A DNA stretch of 64,000 nt from Corallochytrium limacisporum Hawaii (GCA_002811645.1 PDIP01000073.1:40304-104303), one strand, 5' to 3'; shown: positions 10,411 to 22,350, counted from the first letter of the stretch. Numbers and translations are program-made. Notes: generated by a model not told the origin, from the sequence alone.

Positions 10411-13400
10411 TCATCGCCTGGGTCTGATGCCATGGCGCAGGGCAAGCTTGTCACAATTTTCAACCAGAGCCAAGTTGCCATCCTTACGTGCTGCCTGACG
10501 TACGAGGTTGATGGCTTCCTCAGTGTGAAGCCGTTCTTTACAGATCAAGAATGCATCTCGCATATTCTTGACAGCAATGGCCGCCTCCAGTTGGGCCTGC
10601 GGTTCGCGGATGTACACTGTGAAGTAGCGAGCAAGACGCTGCCTCTTTGTAATGTTATCAGCCATAAGATGCCTGATCGCACTCAGCACTGCCTTGTCGA
10701 CGAAATCCGTGTTCCGCCCATTGTCAAAGAAATGGATGAGTAAATTGCTGAGCGCATCCAAGTCTCGGCTCAGATCGAAGGAGAGGATGGTGGACACGAC
10801 AACATCCTCCATGCTCATGCCGTAGATTTCTACCACTTCAGTAGCAAGATTGTACTCGCACAGTTTGAGTAGGTGGATGCAAGCACGGTGCCTGCCACTT
10901 TCACGGTCAAGAATGATCGGTGCATTACTCTCCGCAGATCTGCCGCCGCCATAGGGTTTGACGCGCGAACTGCCCACGACCATCCGTGCCAACCGATTGG
11001 CGAGTGAGCTGCGTTCCGAAACCCCTTGCGAAGTTTCTGCTTGCACACGAGAGCGGCGGAAGTGGACACCATGCGAACTTTGCGGATTCCACATCGGGCT
11101 GACATCGCAGATTCGGAGCTGCAGGTCGGTCACTGCCAGCATGTGTTCTATGGATTCATCATCATTCTGACCTGCCAAATCCTCTGTCGCGGAGATGAGG
11201 CCAGGAGCAGCTTCAAGCATCCGCTTGGAGCGTAAGCTATCCAGAAAAGATCTGCCCTCGCGAAGTTGCAGAATGCGGTCGTAGTGCGTAAGATCGATGC
11301 GCAAAAATGTGTCAATAGATGCCTCAAAGGCCTTGACATGGTCACCGCAAGTCATGCTGAGTACCATGGCCACAGTGCTCAATCCAGTAGAGCGACAGGT
11401 GTGCGCCAGCTTCCGCAACGTTGACATTGTGGACCCGTATGCTACAGTCGACTGCTCAATGAATGCCAAAAACTCCCAGATGCTATCTCGACGAAGCAGG
11501 TGCTGTAGTGCCGCGAAGTTGGTCTCATCGTCTTTGCAGATGGACAACTCTACGGCAAGTTTGTCCCAACATTTCCAGTCAATGATGGTCTTCATCAAGG
11601 TTAGTGTATCAGCAATGCGACGCATGTACAGCACGACTTGGTCAATATATGTATCCGCGTGGCCAACCTGCAAGTCCAGGAAGAATGCGACCCCCAACTC
11701 CTCCATAATCCTGGTTGATGGCAAGAACTCCGAGACGTCCAGGTTCTGGGCTTCGATTTGGTCCATGGCCCGATCAAAGAAGAAAAAGGCTTCGTCCAGA
11801 GCCCGGACACGAAGAGCCTGCAGGAAACGCTGACTGTCCATCTGTGGTCCGTCGGCGGCCATATCATGCATGAGTCGCCGAATCCGGGTACAGACATTGT
11901 GCCGTACATCGTGCTGAATTGCGTTGTCCAGCGCTCGCTGCAGTCCATCATTGGTTGGTGACAACAAATCGCGAAGACAGAGGCCTGTATCAGGACCATA
12001 TTCTGTCTCAATGTCGAAGAGAATATCTAGCCGTGTCTTCAAAGCGTTGAATTTCTTGTCCTGTTCCGACAGTTTGCTTGTGCCCTCAGCCACAATTGTG
12101 GCGCTAAAGTCGTGCATTAGCTCCAAAAGGTCACTGCGATTCAACTGTCGCCCATGGGTACGACGCCGCGGGATCTGAAGGCTCGGCTGACGCGGAAAAT
12201 TATCGATGGCAAAGATGCGCAAAATATTGGATTGTCCGATACAGTGAAGTACGTTTGCCAATTGCAGGAACATTCGGCGGGTAGGCATCCATCGAGAAAA
12301 ATATTTGTCCTTGGTAACCTTGTCAATCCCTGCAACACCTGTGAAGAACCACAGGTCGAAGTCCTCATCAACGGCTTTGCTCGCGTCGATTTCAATGCGG
12401 AAAGGATCATGATCCTTGAAGTTTATGGCGAACAAGTCATCCGCTAAGTCCATAAGGCGACAGTCGACCGCTTGCTGGGTCTCAGTAGCAGTCTTTCTTA
12501 TTGGCAAGCTGGATCCACCCTGGCTATTGTCCGCGGTGGCCAGACAGTACGCACAGTAGGCATGCAGCGGCAAGGTCTTGGCCGCACCACTGCTGTGATC
12601 ACCTTGCAGGCAGACCTCACAGAGGGGCATTTCACACTCTCTGCAAGTATAGCCGTCCGCATTCAAAACACAGGACCTCCTGCAGTTGATACAACTGTCC
12701 TGAGGACTGCGATAAATCGCCATCAGATTGCTTCCCGCGATTGAATCCCCGAGGACCCGTTGGACGGACGCAATCCGCGTTTGACTGTAAACTCGACGTC
12801 TCTGAAGCCAGCTGGAAGACTCAGCAGGAATGCCGAGAATATGATTCGCAATCTTGTGTACAGATCCAGATTCACTATCGCCTGTGATGAAAGAGTCCCA
12901 GCACCTCTTAAGCATCATGAAGATCTCATCGATAATGTGGACCTTAAGGTCTGGATGGGCAGCCAGTAGTTGCAAGACATCCGCAAATCGTCCATTGTAC
13001 ACAAGGAAATCAGCAACTGTGTCATGACGCAGGTAGACACCTAAGAGTCCTAATGAAGGCAGATCTCTCAAGTATTCCATACACCATTGAGCCATTTCCG
13101 CTGCTTTCAAAACCTTCTTGACACCACTCACTTGTCTGCCATCTTCCAATGTACCAGATAGCAGCAGATGACGCGAGATCTCCGCACGCTTATGGTGTTC
13201 TGTAGTCTCAATAAGACACATAACGGACATCTCTAAGATCTCCTTCGTCGACGCAGATGACAACAACCGATTCCACCTGGCATAGGCGTTCTCAGAATGC
13301 AACAATTGTCGCGCAGTCAACGCATCTAGAAGAGGCTTAATGGCAGCTCTTGTTGGGTCAATGGAAACATCTAGAGCCATCCATCGCTGAAGGGTTTCTC

Positions 13401-16400
13401 CATAGCCTGCAGCAATCAGCTGACATCCGAGTTCTCGAGCTATCCTCGGTGATTGTTGCCAGATATCCAAGAAGAACACGCCAGGCTTTGGATTGGTGTC
13501 CTCTAGGCCTTGCAATGCTTGATCTTCCACTACAATACGATCCAGAACATTAATCAATGGTTCTCCGGTGACATCCCAATCAAGTATCTCCATCAGTGCA
13601 CGGTACATGTCCTTATTCTGCCGAATTTCACTGGTGCGTGGCATGTCATCCAAAGTACCCGCCAATGCCTTTTCGGCGGCGTAGTGCTTTGTCCGTGCCT
13701 TCAGTAACGCGACTCGCCACAACGAATCTCCTGGCGCAAGCTCATCAAATACAGTCATCAGCAGCTCTTCGTTCGGTGCATCATCCAGGTTCGACGCCTT
13801 CCAAAACACTAGTGCCGCCTCCGCCTTTCCCAGTTCCGCCTCATAGGCAATGATGGAGCGCTGAAGGCGGTCCGTGACCAGACCGACACTATCTGCCAAC
13901 CAAAAAGCACCGTTGGGGGCAATAGATGCCGGCCATACCAGTCGCTCATCAATACGATAATGGTCTCTGCCATATCTATGAACATACAAATGTGCCTGAC
14001 TGACATAACGTGTCATAGTACTGCCAGGACTGACAACCGATGCAAATTCAGCTATAGCCTCGTTGTATGTGAGGTCCTCACGATTCAGCGATAGGGTTGC
14101 CAAATCAAAGAAGCGACCCAGATCTTCGCTGCGAGACCTCAGTACGTGAAGAGCCCTCTGTCTTTCGTTCATGGACACGCTTACAGGGCTCCAGGCATTG
14201 AACGCTTCGGGATATGCTGTGGAAGGTACATTCTCAATATCGTCCAGTGATAAAGCGGACGCAGTAATAGGAATATCATTGATGGCATGACATGAATGGG
14301 TCCAGCGAAGTCTGAGAGGCCGATTCAATTCACGCACCAGTTTTAGGGCTGCGGCCATATCTGAGTTAGGGACGAGACGTTCCACAAAGAGAATCAAATC
14401 TCTGATGTCATCTGAAGACGTAATGTCTTGGCGACTGCTCCACAGTACACGGGGCAAAGCAATGTCGGCCCTGCCCATGTCTACAAAGAAGAATCCTCTT
14501 TGTCGGGGGTTGGCAAACTTTGTACTGACGCGGACAGTACGCGTAAGGTAGAGCTTGGCGTTGTCACTAAGCTGATCCCTTAAGGTCGAGCTCTCATACA
14601 GGCGCAGGGGCGGTGCATCCAAGCAGCCAAAGTTGAGAGCGAAGCTCAAGAGCGGATAGGCTGAGTCAATCGCGTACCTGCGAAGGAGAGCAGCTCGTTT
14701 CGGTTGACTGCTTCTGTCAACAGAGGTCATGCCGTACAACAGCGGCACACGCATGTTGATACGCAGGAGGTAGACATCGATTTCCCAGGCCGTCAATTTT
14801 CCCAAACCCGACATTGTGTACCCAGTTGACTGCAAGTAGTCTAAAACTTCCAGACTAGTTACTGGAAGTGTATCTGAGGAAATGTATGCATGTAGCATCA
14901 TGAGAAGGTACAGATTAATGTATGTCGCTGGCCGCTGGCCAGGGCTGAGGACTGACAGATCTACACTTACAAGACCAGCAGTCTTCTGGACAAACAGCAC
15001 GTACTCTTGACGCAAGCGGATTCTGCGACGATCCTCTAGACATAGCACTCCGTATCCCTGCGACTCAAGCTCGTCATCGTAGTCAATAAAAGGTTTGACC
15101 ACGTCTAATAGCTCCTGCAGCAGGTCATTGACAAACACTTTTGGATCCAAAGTGCCTGAGTTCTCGAAGGCTTCCCTCACGAGATCTGGATCACTACTGT
15201 TTAGTGGATCTGTCCAGGACACACGTCCGCGTCCGTGAAGACCACCATGGGAGAGTGCATTCGCTTCCGTGTAATGAACGAGCAAGCTCTCTGCAATTAC
15301 CATCTCCAGTGTTTTGTGCAGCACAGCGGCAACCCGTCGCGCCGTTGCCTCATCTGCCACCACAATAGCCAGTCTCCAAATCTGATCCTCCAGACGTGTA
15401 TCCATCATGTCACTGAGAGACTTCGTTGGAGACCCAAAATCGCCTTCATGGCGATTGCTGATATCCTGTATATGTGTCACAAACCTACTGCCAATCGACG
15501 CAGTTCCGTGTTGAGACTGCCAGTCAAGATCACCAAGGCAAAACGCTAGGGCCTGATCAATCCAAAGAGTGTCCATATCCCCTTCACCAGCAAATAGTTG
15601 AAGTACATGTTGATATCGTTTGATTTCAAGGACATCCATTGACCTTCCCTGTCTTCGCAGAATATCAGCTAGCAGTGTTGGTTTCACACTGACGAAAGCA
15701 CTAAAGGAGTCCGGAACGGTTTCGATTGAGTGCAATGCGAGGGCCAGATTAACCACCTTCTGGAGCACAAGGACGCGGTCTGAAATGTCATCGGTGTCTA
15801 TCGAAGGCTTACGTGGAGGGCTGACACCAATCGAATCCCGTAGGAAGTCCAATGTGCTCCTTTGGTCCCTTTCCTTGCGAGTAGAGATTTTGCTTATGTC
15901 TGACACATACTGATTGACCTGGGCTTGGATGATCATGGCCTCTTGTGGTTGCAGTACACCCCGAAAATGCATACCCAATACAGCATCACAAAACTCTGCA
16001 ACCGCACCTTTGCGTAAAATGTGCTGAAGAGACTCAAACAGATCATCATCTTTTTCCAGCATGGAGTGCATTTGCAAATGCCGGACGATGCATTCAAGCT
16101 CATCATTCCCAGTGCTTTCTTGAACCAATCGTGTCCACAAGCCTCTGTCCTCGATGGCATCATCCAAGAGATCAGCCCAGGCGAGGGCCTTCAACAAAAT
16201 TGGCCACTCTACAGCCAGCTGCAGAGTGCTTGGCAAACTCCGAATGCGTTTTGATACGAAGCTGTGCTCGTCAGGCACGTTGGTGAGAGCGTCCACAATC
16301 TGTGCTCGTTGCATTATGTCGCGTACGGCACTTTGTAAGGAACGAATGCTCCTGCCCCGAGTATCCACATTCGACGTCTTTGCTTGCCACTGCTCCAGGA

Positions 16401-18462
16401 TGTCAGCGAGCGCCTCAAAAAATTGCCAAATTCCTTGATTGTATAAGCTTCTCCATTGTGCGATCGGGTCCTTCGCCGTTGAGTGATAGTTGGGAAGGTA
16501 AACAAGGGTAAGAATGACTTCCACAGTCTCAATGACGCAATCAATGGAATGCATGCCAAGAAGGAGCTCCTCCAACCCTGCGATTGCTTCCGTCAAATGT
16601 GGTACCGGACCATCGTCCCGTTCTCGAGTCATGCGGTCAATGATGAGCTTGAGCAATCTGAAAGACTTGAGAGTATCCGAATCGCGATGCCGCGCATCGT
16701 CGTCGTCTCGGTCACTGTCGTGATTTTGGTGTGCGCATAGTGCGGCCTCAATCTCCGCCCAATGTTCTGCCTGTTCCAACATGGCATCCGGGATGTCCTC
16801 AGGCATGATGTGTCCCATAGTAGACAACACGCCGTTCTGGATGATTCCGTTCAGCAATTGTGTTATGGTCCATCGGTTGTTGTCCTGTAAGCCGAGAAGA
16901 GAGTTCGCCACCGATAATGTAAAGGCAGCTCTTTGGCGCCCGTATTCGATACGATGCAATCCCCGCGGTGGCACCCATTCCCGTAGAATGGTCTGCAGGC
17001 GGCTCAGTGTCCCATGTCCATCCAATGCATGCCTTGCGAGGTCATCTATGAAAAAGATCCAGAACAATCCTTTGATGGACTCGTGAAGGGGACTCTTTTG
17101 AATCAGATCGGTGACCTGCTTTAGTGACGGGTCAGTGCGCACCAGAATCGACAAATCACCAAGCATGTACTCTGACATTGGTCGAGTTCTGGCCACGCTT
17201 CGGATAAAAAATGTCTGCCATATCTCAGGCAAGGTTTCCGGGACATGCGGCTCATCGGACATCAGGCGATGTAATTCTTCAGCTTCATATGCCTGCAATT
17301 TGGCAACAGTTTCTGTGCCGTGTGCTAATATATACGCATACATAGCGTGAATCTCATTAATTTTCTGTCCAACACCTTGGTCAATAATCAGACGTCCGAT
17401 ATCAAACGCAAGCCAGTCGTCATCACCGACAACCATAAGTAGATCACACGCGGCCTCCGCAGCCACTTCACTTGGCTGCTCTGCAAGCTCCTTGAAAACA
17501 TCCTTTGCTATTCCGCGCAATACTGGCATCTGCGAAGTGATCAAACCACAGAGCCCGGGATGCCTCCTCAGAGCATTTGCAATATATGATTTCTCATCCT
17601 CCGTGAATCCCAATCGTCCCACCATCTCTGCTTGAGTGCTGTACGTAAAGCTATGCATCTTATTGACGATTTGCATGCCTTTGGGGTCTATACTGTGTAC
17701 CTCCCATTGATTAGGTCGTGCACTAGATGGGGTTGACCCACTCGCGCTGGCCAATTGTCCCATTGCTGCAAGAATGGTGCTCGCACTATACCGAGGCGCA
17801 CTGGTCCTACGATTCTCGCTGCCCTGGCGCGCTATGTCAACAGATCCATGTGGAGTCCCGGACGAAGGGCTGTGACTGCGACTTCGGCTTGTGTTTTCGT
17901 TGTCTGATCTTGTCCTGGTGCCTCGTCCTGCTCCCCGAGAACCAGATACCTCGTCTGCATCATCTTCAAAAGCTGTAACCAGAGCTGCCATGGCATCAGC
18001 TTTGGTCTGCAGAAGATGTATCTCTCCCCTTTGCAGAGTTCCATCGAGAAAACCGTGTTCATCATCGGGTAGATCCAAAAGGCAGTAGCAATAGAACCAT
18101 GCCATATGGTACTTGCTCCGAACCATTGATTTGCACAAATGATCTATCGGCTGTGGGTTTAAGACGAAATCATATAACTTCCGAACCGCCCGCTGAAACA
18201 ATTCGTGGCTGTGGGTGTGTAACATTGGGTCTACGGTATACTCGTGCAGTGTCCTCAGAGCAAGTCGGAGAAGCTGTGTACATCCATCAGCAAGGTATTT
18301 CTCGAACAGTGTATACATTACCCACGACTTTGATGCCCGTCCAGTAGGTACACTGGTGAGGATTGTCAGATCAGTATCCGCTGAGTGTTCCATCATGCCC
18401 GACAGCGGTCGCTCCGGGCCATACCCAACGGAGTCCGAGTCAAAGCTGTCCATTGTGCTCAT
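10411..18462 (-). CDS. ZFYVE26: Spastizin (ZFYVE26/SPG15)-like protein with an internal DUF547-like domain and a degenerate FYVE zinc finger
   Basis: 2683-aa uninterrupted ORF. An 8-Cys FYVE-like finger lies about 73% along. The C-terminus EAAIAVKNMRDAFLICK...VRQAARKDGNLALVENCDK resembles the spastizin C-terminus. A DUF547-like segment reads YINLYLLMMLHAYI...LSFALNFGCLDAPPL. Confidence 0.7.
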   Translation of the reverse strand: MSTMDSFDSDSVGYGPERPLSGMMEHSADTDLTILTSVPTGRASKSWVMYTLFEKYLADGCTQLLRLALRTLHEYTVDPMLHTHSHELFQRAVRKLYDFVLNPQPIDHLCKSMVRSKYHMAWFYCYCLLDLPDDEHGFLDGTLQRGEIHLLQTKADAMAALVTAFEDDADEVSGSRGAGRGTRTRSDNENTSRSRSHSPSSGTPHGSVDIARQGSENRRTSAPRYSASTILAAMGQLASASGSTPSSARPNQWEVHSIDPKGMQIVNKMHSFTYSTQAEMVGRLGFTEDEKSYIANALRRHPGLCGLITSQMPVLRGIAKDVFKELAEQPSEVAAEAACDLLMVVGDDDWLAFDIGRLIIDQGVGQKINEIHAMYAYILAHGTETVAKLQAYEAEELHRLMSDEPHVPETLPEIWQTFFIRSVARTRPMSEYMLGDLSILVRTDPSLKQVTDLIQKSPLHESIKGLFWIFFIDDLARHALDGHGTLSRLQTILREWVPPRGLHRIEYGRQRAAFTLSVANSLLGLQDNNRWTITQLLNGIIQNGVLSTMGHIMPEDIPDAMLEQAEHWAEIEAALCAHQNHDSDRDDDDARHRDSDTLKSFRLLKLIIDRMTRERDDGPVPHLTEAIAGLEELLLGMHSIDCVIETVEVILTLVYLPNYHSTAKDPIAQWRSLYNQGIWQFFEALADILEQWQAKTSNVDTRGRSIRSLQSAVRDIMQRAQIVDALTNVPDEHSFVSKRIRSLPSTLQLAVEWPILLKALAWADLLDDAIEDRGLWTRLVQESTGNDELECIVRHLQMHSMLEKDDDLFESLQHILRKGAVAEFCDAVLGMHFRGVLQPQEAMIIQAQVNQYVSDISKISTRKERDQRSTLDFLRDSIGVSPPRKPSIDTDDISDRVLVLQKVVNLALALHSIETVPDSFSAFVSVKPTLLADILRRQGRSMDVLEIKRYQHVLQLFAGEGDMDTLWIDQALAFCLGDLDWQSQHGTASIGSRFVTHIQDISNRHEGDFGSPTKSLSDMMDTRLEDQIWRLAIVVADEATARRVAAVLHKTLEMVIAESLLVHYTEANALSHGGLHGRGRVSWTDPLNSSDPDLVREAFENSGTLDPKVFVNDLLQELLDVVKPFIDYDDELESQGYGVLCLEDRRRIRLRQEYVLFVQKTAGLVSVDLSVLSPGQRPATYINLYLLMMLHAYISSDTLPVTSLEVLDYLQSTGYTMSGLGKLTAWEIDVYLLRINMRVPLLYGMTSVDRSSQPKRAALLRRYAIDSAYPLLSFALNFGCLDAPPLRLYESSTLRDQLSDNAKLYLTRTVRVSTKFANPRQRGFFFVDMGRADIALPRVLWSSRQDITSSDDIRDLILFVERLVPNSDMAAALKLVRELNRPLRLRWTHSCHAINDIPITASALSLDDIENVPSTAYPEAFNAWSPVSVSMNERQRALHVLRSRSEDLGRFFDLATLSLNREDLTYNEAIAEFASVVSPGSTMTRYVSQAHLYVHRYGRDHYRIDERLVWPASIAPNGAFWLADSVGLVTDRLQRSIIAYEAELGKAEAALVFWKASNLDDAPNEELLMTVFDELAPGDSLWRVALLKARTKHYAAEKALAGTLDDMPRTSEIRQNKDMYRALMEILDWDVTGEPLINVLDRIVVEDQALQGLEDTNPKPGVFFLDIWQQSPRIARELGCQLIAAGYGETLQRWMALDVSIDPTRAAIKPLLDALTARQLLHSENAYARWNRLLSSASTKEILEMSVMCLIETTEHHKRAEISRHLLLSGTLEDGRQVSGVKKVLKAAEMAQWCMEYLRDLPSLGLLGVYLRHDTVADFLVYNGRFADVLQLLAAHPDLKVHIIDEIFMMLKRCWDSFITGDSESGSVHKIANHILGIPAESSSWLQRRRVYSQTRIASVQRVLGDSIAGSNLMAIYRSPQDSCINCRRSCVLNADGYTCRECEMPLCEVCLQGDHSSGAAKTLPLHAYCAYCLATADNSQGGSSLPIRKTATETQQAVDCRLMDLADDLFAINFKDHDPFRIEIDASKAVDEDFDLWFFTGVAGIDKVTKDKYFSRWMPTRRMFLQLANVLHCIGQSNILRIFAIDNFPRQPSLQIPRRRTHGRQLNRSDLLELMHDFSATIVAEGTSKLSEQDKKFNALKTRLDILFDIETEYGPDTGLCLRDLLSPTNDGLQRALDNAIQHDVRHNVCTRIRRLMHDMAADGPQMDSQRFLQALRVRALDEAFFFFDRAMDQIEAQNLDVSEFLPSTRIMEELGVAFFLDLQVGHADTYIDQVVLYMRRIADTLTLMKTIIDWKCWDKLAVELSICKDDETNFAALQHLLRRDSIWEFLAFIEQSTVAYGSTMSTLRKLAHTCRSTGLSTVAMVLSMTCGDHVKAFEASIDTFLRIDLTHYDRILQLREGRSFLDSLRSKRMLEAAPGLISATEDLAGQNDDESIEHMLAVTDLQLRICDVSPMWNPQSSHGVHFRRSRVQAETSQGVSERSSLANRLARMVVGSSRVKPYGGGRSAESNAPIILDRESGRHRACIHLLKLCEYNLATEVVEIYGMSMEDVVVSTILSFDLSRDLDALSNLLIHFFDNGRNTDFVDKAVLSAIRHLMADNITKRQRLARYFTVYIREPQAQLEAAIAVKNMRDAFLICKERLHTEEAINLVRQAARKDGNLALVENCDKLALRHGIRPRR

Positions 18463-19772
18463 GATTACGCTTGGGTGGCAACTAGCCGACCCGTCACCAA
18501 TACGTTAAATTAGGTCATTTTATGTGACCGAGCTCTGTCATATTCCTCACATCGTGGAACTTGATCCGACTGACCAATCGAACAACGTCATTCGGGACAC
18601 CACAGTATCATCACCATTGTGGATTTTATATGCACTTTATATGAACTGGACCGAAATCTACCAATAGACTCTGAGTACCAGTGTTAAACAAAGGCCTGCG
18701 CACCCGTTTGCAAATGATACCGGCAGCACCGAAAACCAAACCAAATCAGCCCGTCCCTACAGAGACGGCCTCGTCGCAAATCGCGCTGCCTCCCGCTTCC
18801 CGCTCAGTCCGGGACCTGCGTATTGCTCACTATTGAAAACTACTAGAAAGTCATTTACGAAGACTCAGTATATTTCTATACGAATATTATATCCTGATAT
18901 TGTACATTTTACATTATTCAGTATATCAAATATACGCGGACCGTGAGGGCTCAGTAGTGAATATACCCAGTCGTGACCGAGCCGGTCTGGCTGGTGAAAA
19001 CCCTGCGAGCCCCATTTTCCACACCGTGCACCGTGGGCTTCGAAACAGCCATTCACAGCGGGAGCATCAGCGGGTCTGCAACCATCTCCCGAAGGCCATC
19101 TGTGTTAGATGTGGCGTTTGTGCTACATACTGTCCTGCGAAGACCGTTCCTACCATTCTTATCTGTCCTTTGCTGGTTAGGTCATGTCTAAATGGGCGCC
19201 CGGACTCATTGCGCCCTTTTCTTCTTGCCAACATGTCATTGATAAGTTATTGCTCTGTGTGGTACATTCTCCTGTTGACGTAATGATCGGGTGGGTAATA
19301 ATTTTCTCGTATTTTTCACCCCAGTGCGTGACAGTTGGTGATTTATATTGGTATCAACCGCGCATGGAGCCCGTTGATTTGACAGAATTGTGCATTTGGT
19401 ACGCAAGCACCGTTGTACGGTCCAGACGTGCTCCCCAACGCCCACTTCGTCCTCGTTCTCACCGTAGTCTCAGTATAGAAATCTTTCCCTGGCGAGAAAG
19501 GGGAAGGGGGCGGTGGGAGGTCCGTGGTGTTGAAACCCGGAGATGTCAGTGGGACCTGGTATCCCGAAGTTCGGCCGTATACGTCCCTTTGAAACATAGG
19601 GCGAAACGCAACGGCGGAACTCTATGGCGCGTGTATAGTTGTTTTGTTGTGCGGGCGAGACCGGGAGGGAGGGTGTCCGGGGCGTTTTGAAATTTTTGTC
19701 TTCCCTCTGGGGGAACCCCCTCCCCCCGTGTCTCTTGCGGGCTCCCCTGCCCCCCCCAGTCGCGCTTCCGCT

Positions 19773-19800
19773 TACTAACTTGCTTCACTCCGTCCCACAG
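19773..19800 (+). other. Intron 3' end (branch point, pyrimidine tract, CAG) upstream of GBE1
   Basis: TACTAAC at 19773-19779, then TTGCTTCACTCCGTCCCACAG. The acceptor is about 290 nt before the ATG. Donor not identified. Confidence 0.55.
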
Positions 19801-20092
19801 TGTGTTCATTTCTGGAGGGGAACGAAGCGGGTCTCGGTCGGGAGCTGGCACCAAGTGCAACAACGGTTGGGTGTCCACGGACTTTTATGGTAGTCGTGAG
19901 GATCGCAACAACATTGGATGGAGGTGGCGGGCTGTGAGTCTTACTGAGACACTGGCTTCCCCATGAGATCACGTATTTGAGGGAGTACACGTCACCGGGA
20001 TTTCTATCAGCGAAAATGGTTCCACCGTGCTTTAGATCAGTGTTTGTTGACATCCTCGAACAGTAGTATATCCAAACACCAACAGAAACACA

Positions 20093-22141
20093 ATGACGAA
20101 CGATACAGCACCACCCGAGATTGAGACCCTCTACAAGATGGATGGGTACCTCAAGCCATTTGATGGCTACATTCGCTACCGCTATGATCACTACATTCGG
20201 TTCAAGCGACGCATTCAAGAATCTGAAGGGGGCTTAGATGCTTACACTCGTGGGTACGAGAACCACGGGATCTGCACACGTCCTGATGGAGTCTACTATC
20301 GCGAATGGGTGCCGAATGCACAGGAAGTCTACTTGGTCGGAGAATTCAACAATTGGGAGAAGTCTCATAAGTGTACACCTGACCAATACGGCAAGTGGGA
20401 GATTTTCATTCCGAACAACAAGGATGGCTCACGGGCTATTCCGCACGGCTCCAAGATCAAGACTCTGATCCACACCAAGGGTGGAGAATGGCTGTACCGT
20501 ATCTCCCCCTGGGCTGAGCGTGTGGAAGTCGAAAAGGATAAGCCGATTTTTACATCCGTATTCTGGGATCCTCCTGAAGGAGAATACGTTATGAAGAATC
20601 CTCACCCAAGCATTCCCAAGTCCGGATTGCGCATCTATGAAGCTCATGTCGGTATCGCCAGCCAGGAGCCAAAAGTAGCGTCATACGAAGAATTCCGGAC
20701 CAATGTATTGCCTCGGATCCATAAGCTGGGTTACAACTGCATCCAGCTCATGGCTGTGATGGAGCATGCCTACTATGGATCCTTTGGCTACCAAGTGACT
20801 TCTTTCTTCGCCGCCAGTTCACGGTACGGCACACCGGAGCAATTGAAGCACCTTGTTGACGATGCCCATGGGATGGGTATTACTGTGCTTCTCGACGTCG
20901 TCCATTCCCATGCCTCGAAGAACGTCGACGATGGTTTGAACCGTTTTGACGGTACAGATCACTGCTACTTCCACGAGGGAGGCAGGGGTTTCCATGATCT
21001 TTGGGACAGTCGCCTGTTCAACTACCAGAACTGGGAAGTTAGTCGTTTCCTGCTGAGCAATCTGCGCTACTGGATCGAAGTGTACGGCTTTGACGGCTTC
21101 CGCTTTGATGGTGTGACTTCAATGATGTACTATCACCACGGTATCGGCACAGGATTCAGCGGTGGTTATCACGAGTACTTTGACGACCACAAAGTTGATG
21201 TTGAGTGCATGACATACCTGATGTTGGCCAACGACTATTTGCATGAGTACTACCCGAGTCACATGATCACAATCGCGGAGGATGTCAGCGGCATGGCCAC
21301 CCTATGTCGTCCAGTAAAGGAAGGTGGTGTGGGCTTTGATTACCGCCTGGCCATGGCGATCCCCGACACATGGATCAAGCTGTTGAAGGAGCAGAAAGAC
21401 GAAGACTGGAACATGTCCCACATCTGCCATATCCTGACCAACCGTCGCTACAAGGAGCCAGCCATTGCATATGCGGAGAGTCATGATCAGGCCCTTGTGG
21501 GTGACAAGACACTAGCCTTCTGGCTCATGGACGCAGAAATGTACACTCACATGAGCGTGTTTTCAGAACGTACACCTGTTATTGATCGGGGCATGCAACT
21601 GCACAAGATGATTCGTCTGATTACGTTCGCATTGGGCGGCGAAGGCTATCTGAACTTCATTGGCAACGAATTCGGGCACCCTGAGTGGCTTGATTTCCCG
21701 CGCGAGGGCAACCAAGAGAGCTACCACCATGCACGGAGGCAGTGGAATCTAGTGGATGATGACACGTTGCGATACAAGTTCTTGAACGCATGGGATGCTG
21801 CCATGATGCATCTGGAGAACAAGTTTGGCTGGCTGCTCACGGACCAAGCTTATATTTCGCTGAAGCACGAATCAGACAAGGTCATCGTCTTTGAGCGTGG
21901 CAACTTGCTCTGGCTATTCAATTTCCATCCTAGCAATTCGTATCCCCACTACCGCGTGGGTACGTGGTGGAAGGGTAAGTACACCGTGGCGTTGTGCAGT
22001 GACGACTCGCAATTCGACGGTCATGGCCGCGTGCACCATGACACGGAATTCTGGTCCCAGGACCATCCATTCAATGATCGTCCTAACAGTCTGCAGATTT
22101 ACTTGCCCAATCGGACGGCCATTGTTCTTCAGCACGAGTAA
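20093..22141 (+). CDS. GBE1: 1,4-alpha-glucan (glycogen) branching enzyme, GH13_8
   Basis: [25 protein letters not shown], catalytic [33 protein letters not shown]. Confidence 0.98.
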   Translation: MTNDTAPPEIETLYKMDGYLKPFDGYIRYRYDHYIRFKRRIQESEGGLDAYTRGYENHGICTRPDGVYYREWVPNAQEVYLVGEFNNWEKSHKCTPDQYGKWEIFIPNNKDGSRAIPHGSKIKTLIHTKGGEWLYRISPWAERVEVEKDKPIFTSVFWDPPEGEYVMKNPHPSIPKSGLRIYEAHVGIASQEPKVASYEEFRTNVLPRIHKLGYNCIQLMAVMEHAYYGSFGYQVTSFFAASSRYGTPEQLKHLVDDAHGMGITVLLDVVHSHASKNVDDGLNRFDGTDHCYFHEGGRGFHDLWDSRLFNYQNWEVSRFLLSNLRYWIEVYGFDGFRFDGVTSMMYYHHGIGTGFSGGYHEYFDDHKVDVECMTYLMLANDYLHEYYPSHMITIAEDVSGMATLCRPVKEGGVGFDYRLAMAIPDTWIKLLKEQKDEDWNMSHICHILTNRRYKEPAIAYAESHDQALVGDKTLAFWLMDAEMYTHMSVFSERTPVIDRGMQLHKMIRLITFALGGEGYLNFIGNEFGHPEWLDFPREGNQESYHHARRQWNLVDDDTLRYKFLNAWDAAMMHLENKFGWLLTDQAYISLKHESDKVIVFERGNLLWLFNFHPSNSYPHYRVGTWWKGKYTVALCSDDSQFDGHGRVHHDTEFWSQDHPFNDRPNSLQIYLPNRTAIVLQHE

Positions 22142-22350
22142 GAAGGTCATTGTTCCTTCTGTTACAGTAGCAATAGCATAGTATCACATTGTACAAAGTA
22201 CCACCGACATTCAAGAACATTATCGGTTAGTCTCTTGTGGTTGACTGAAACAAATCAACTATGTATTCGATATAGAAAACAAAATGTAATAGACCAAATG
22301 AAAACCAACCCATGCACCTTGACAGCGGGCCATAATCCGGGATTAAGCCT

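Noticed and set aside
5106-18769. TACAGAGACGGC at 5106 and 18758, resembling the U6 ACAGAGA box
   Set aside because: No AGC triad, internal stem-loop or other U6 context. A shared 12-mer is weak evidence.
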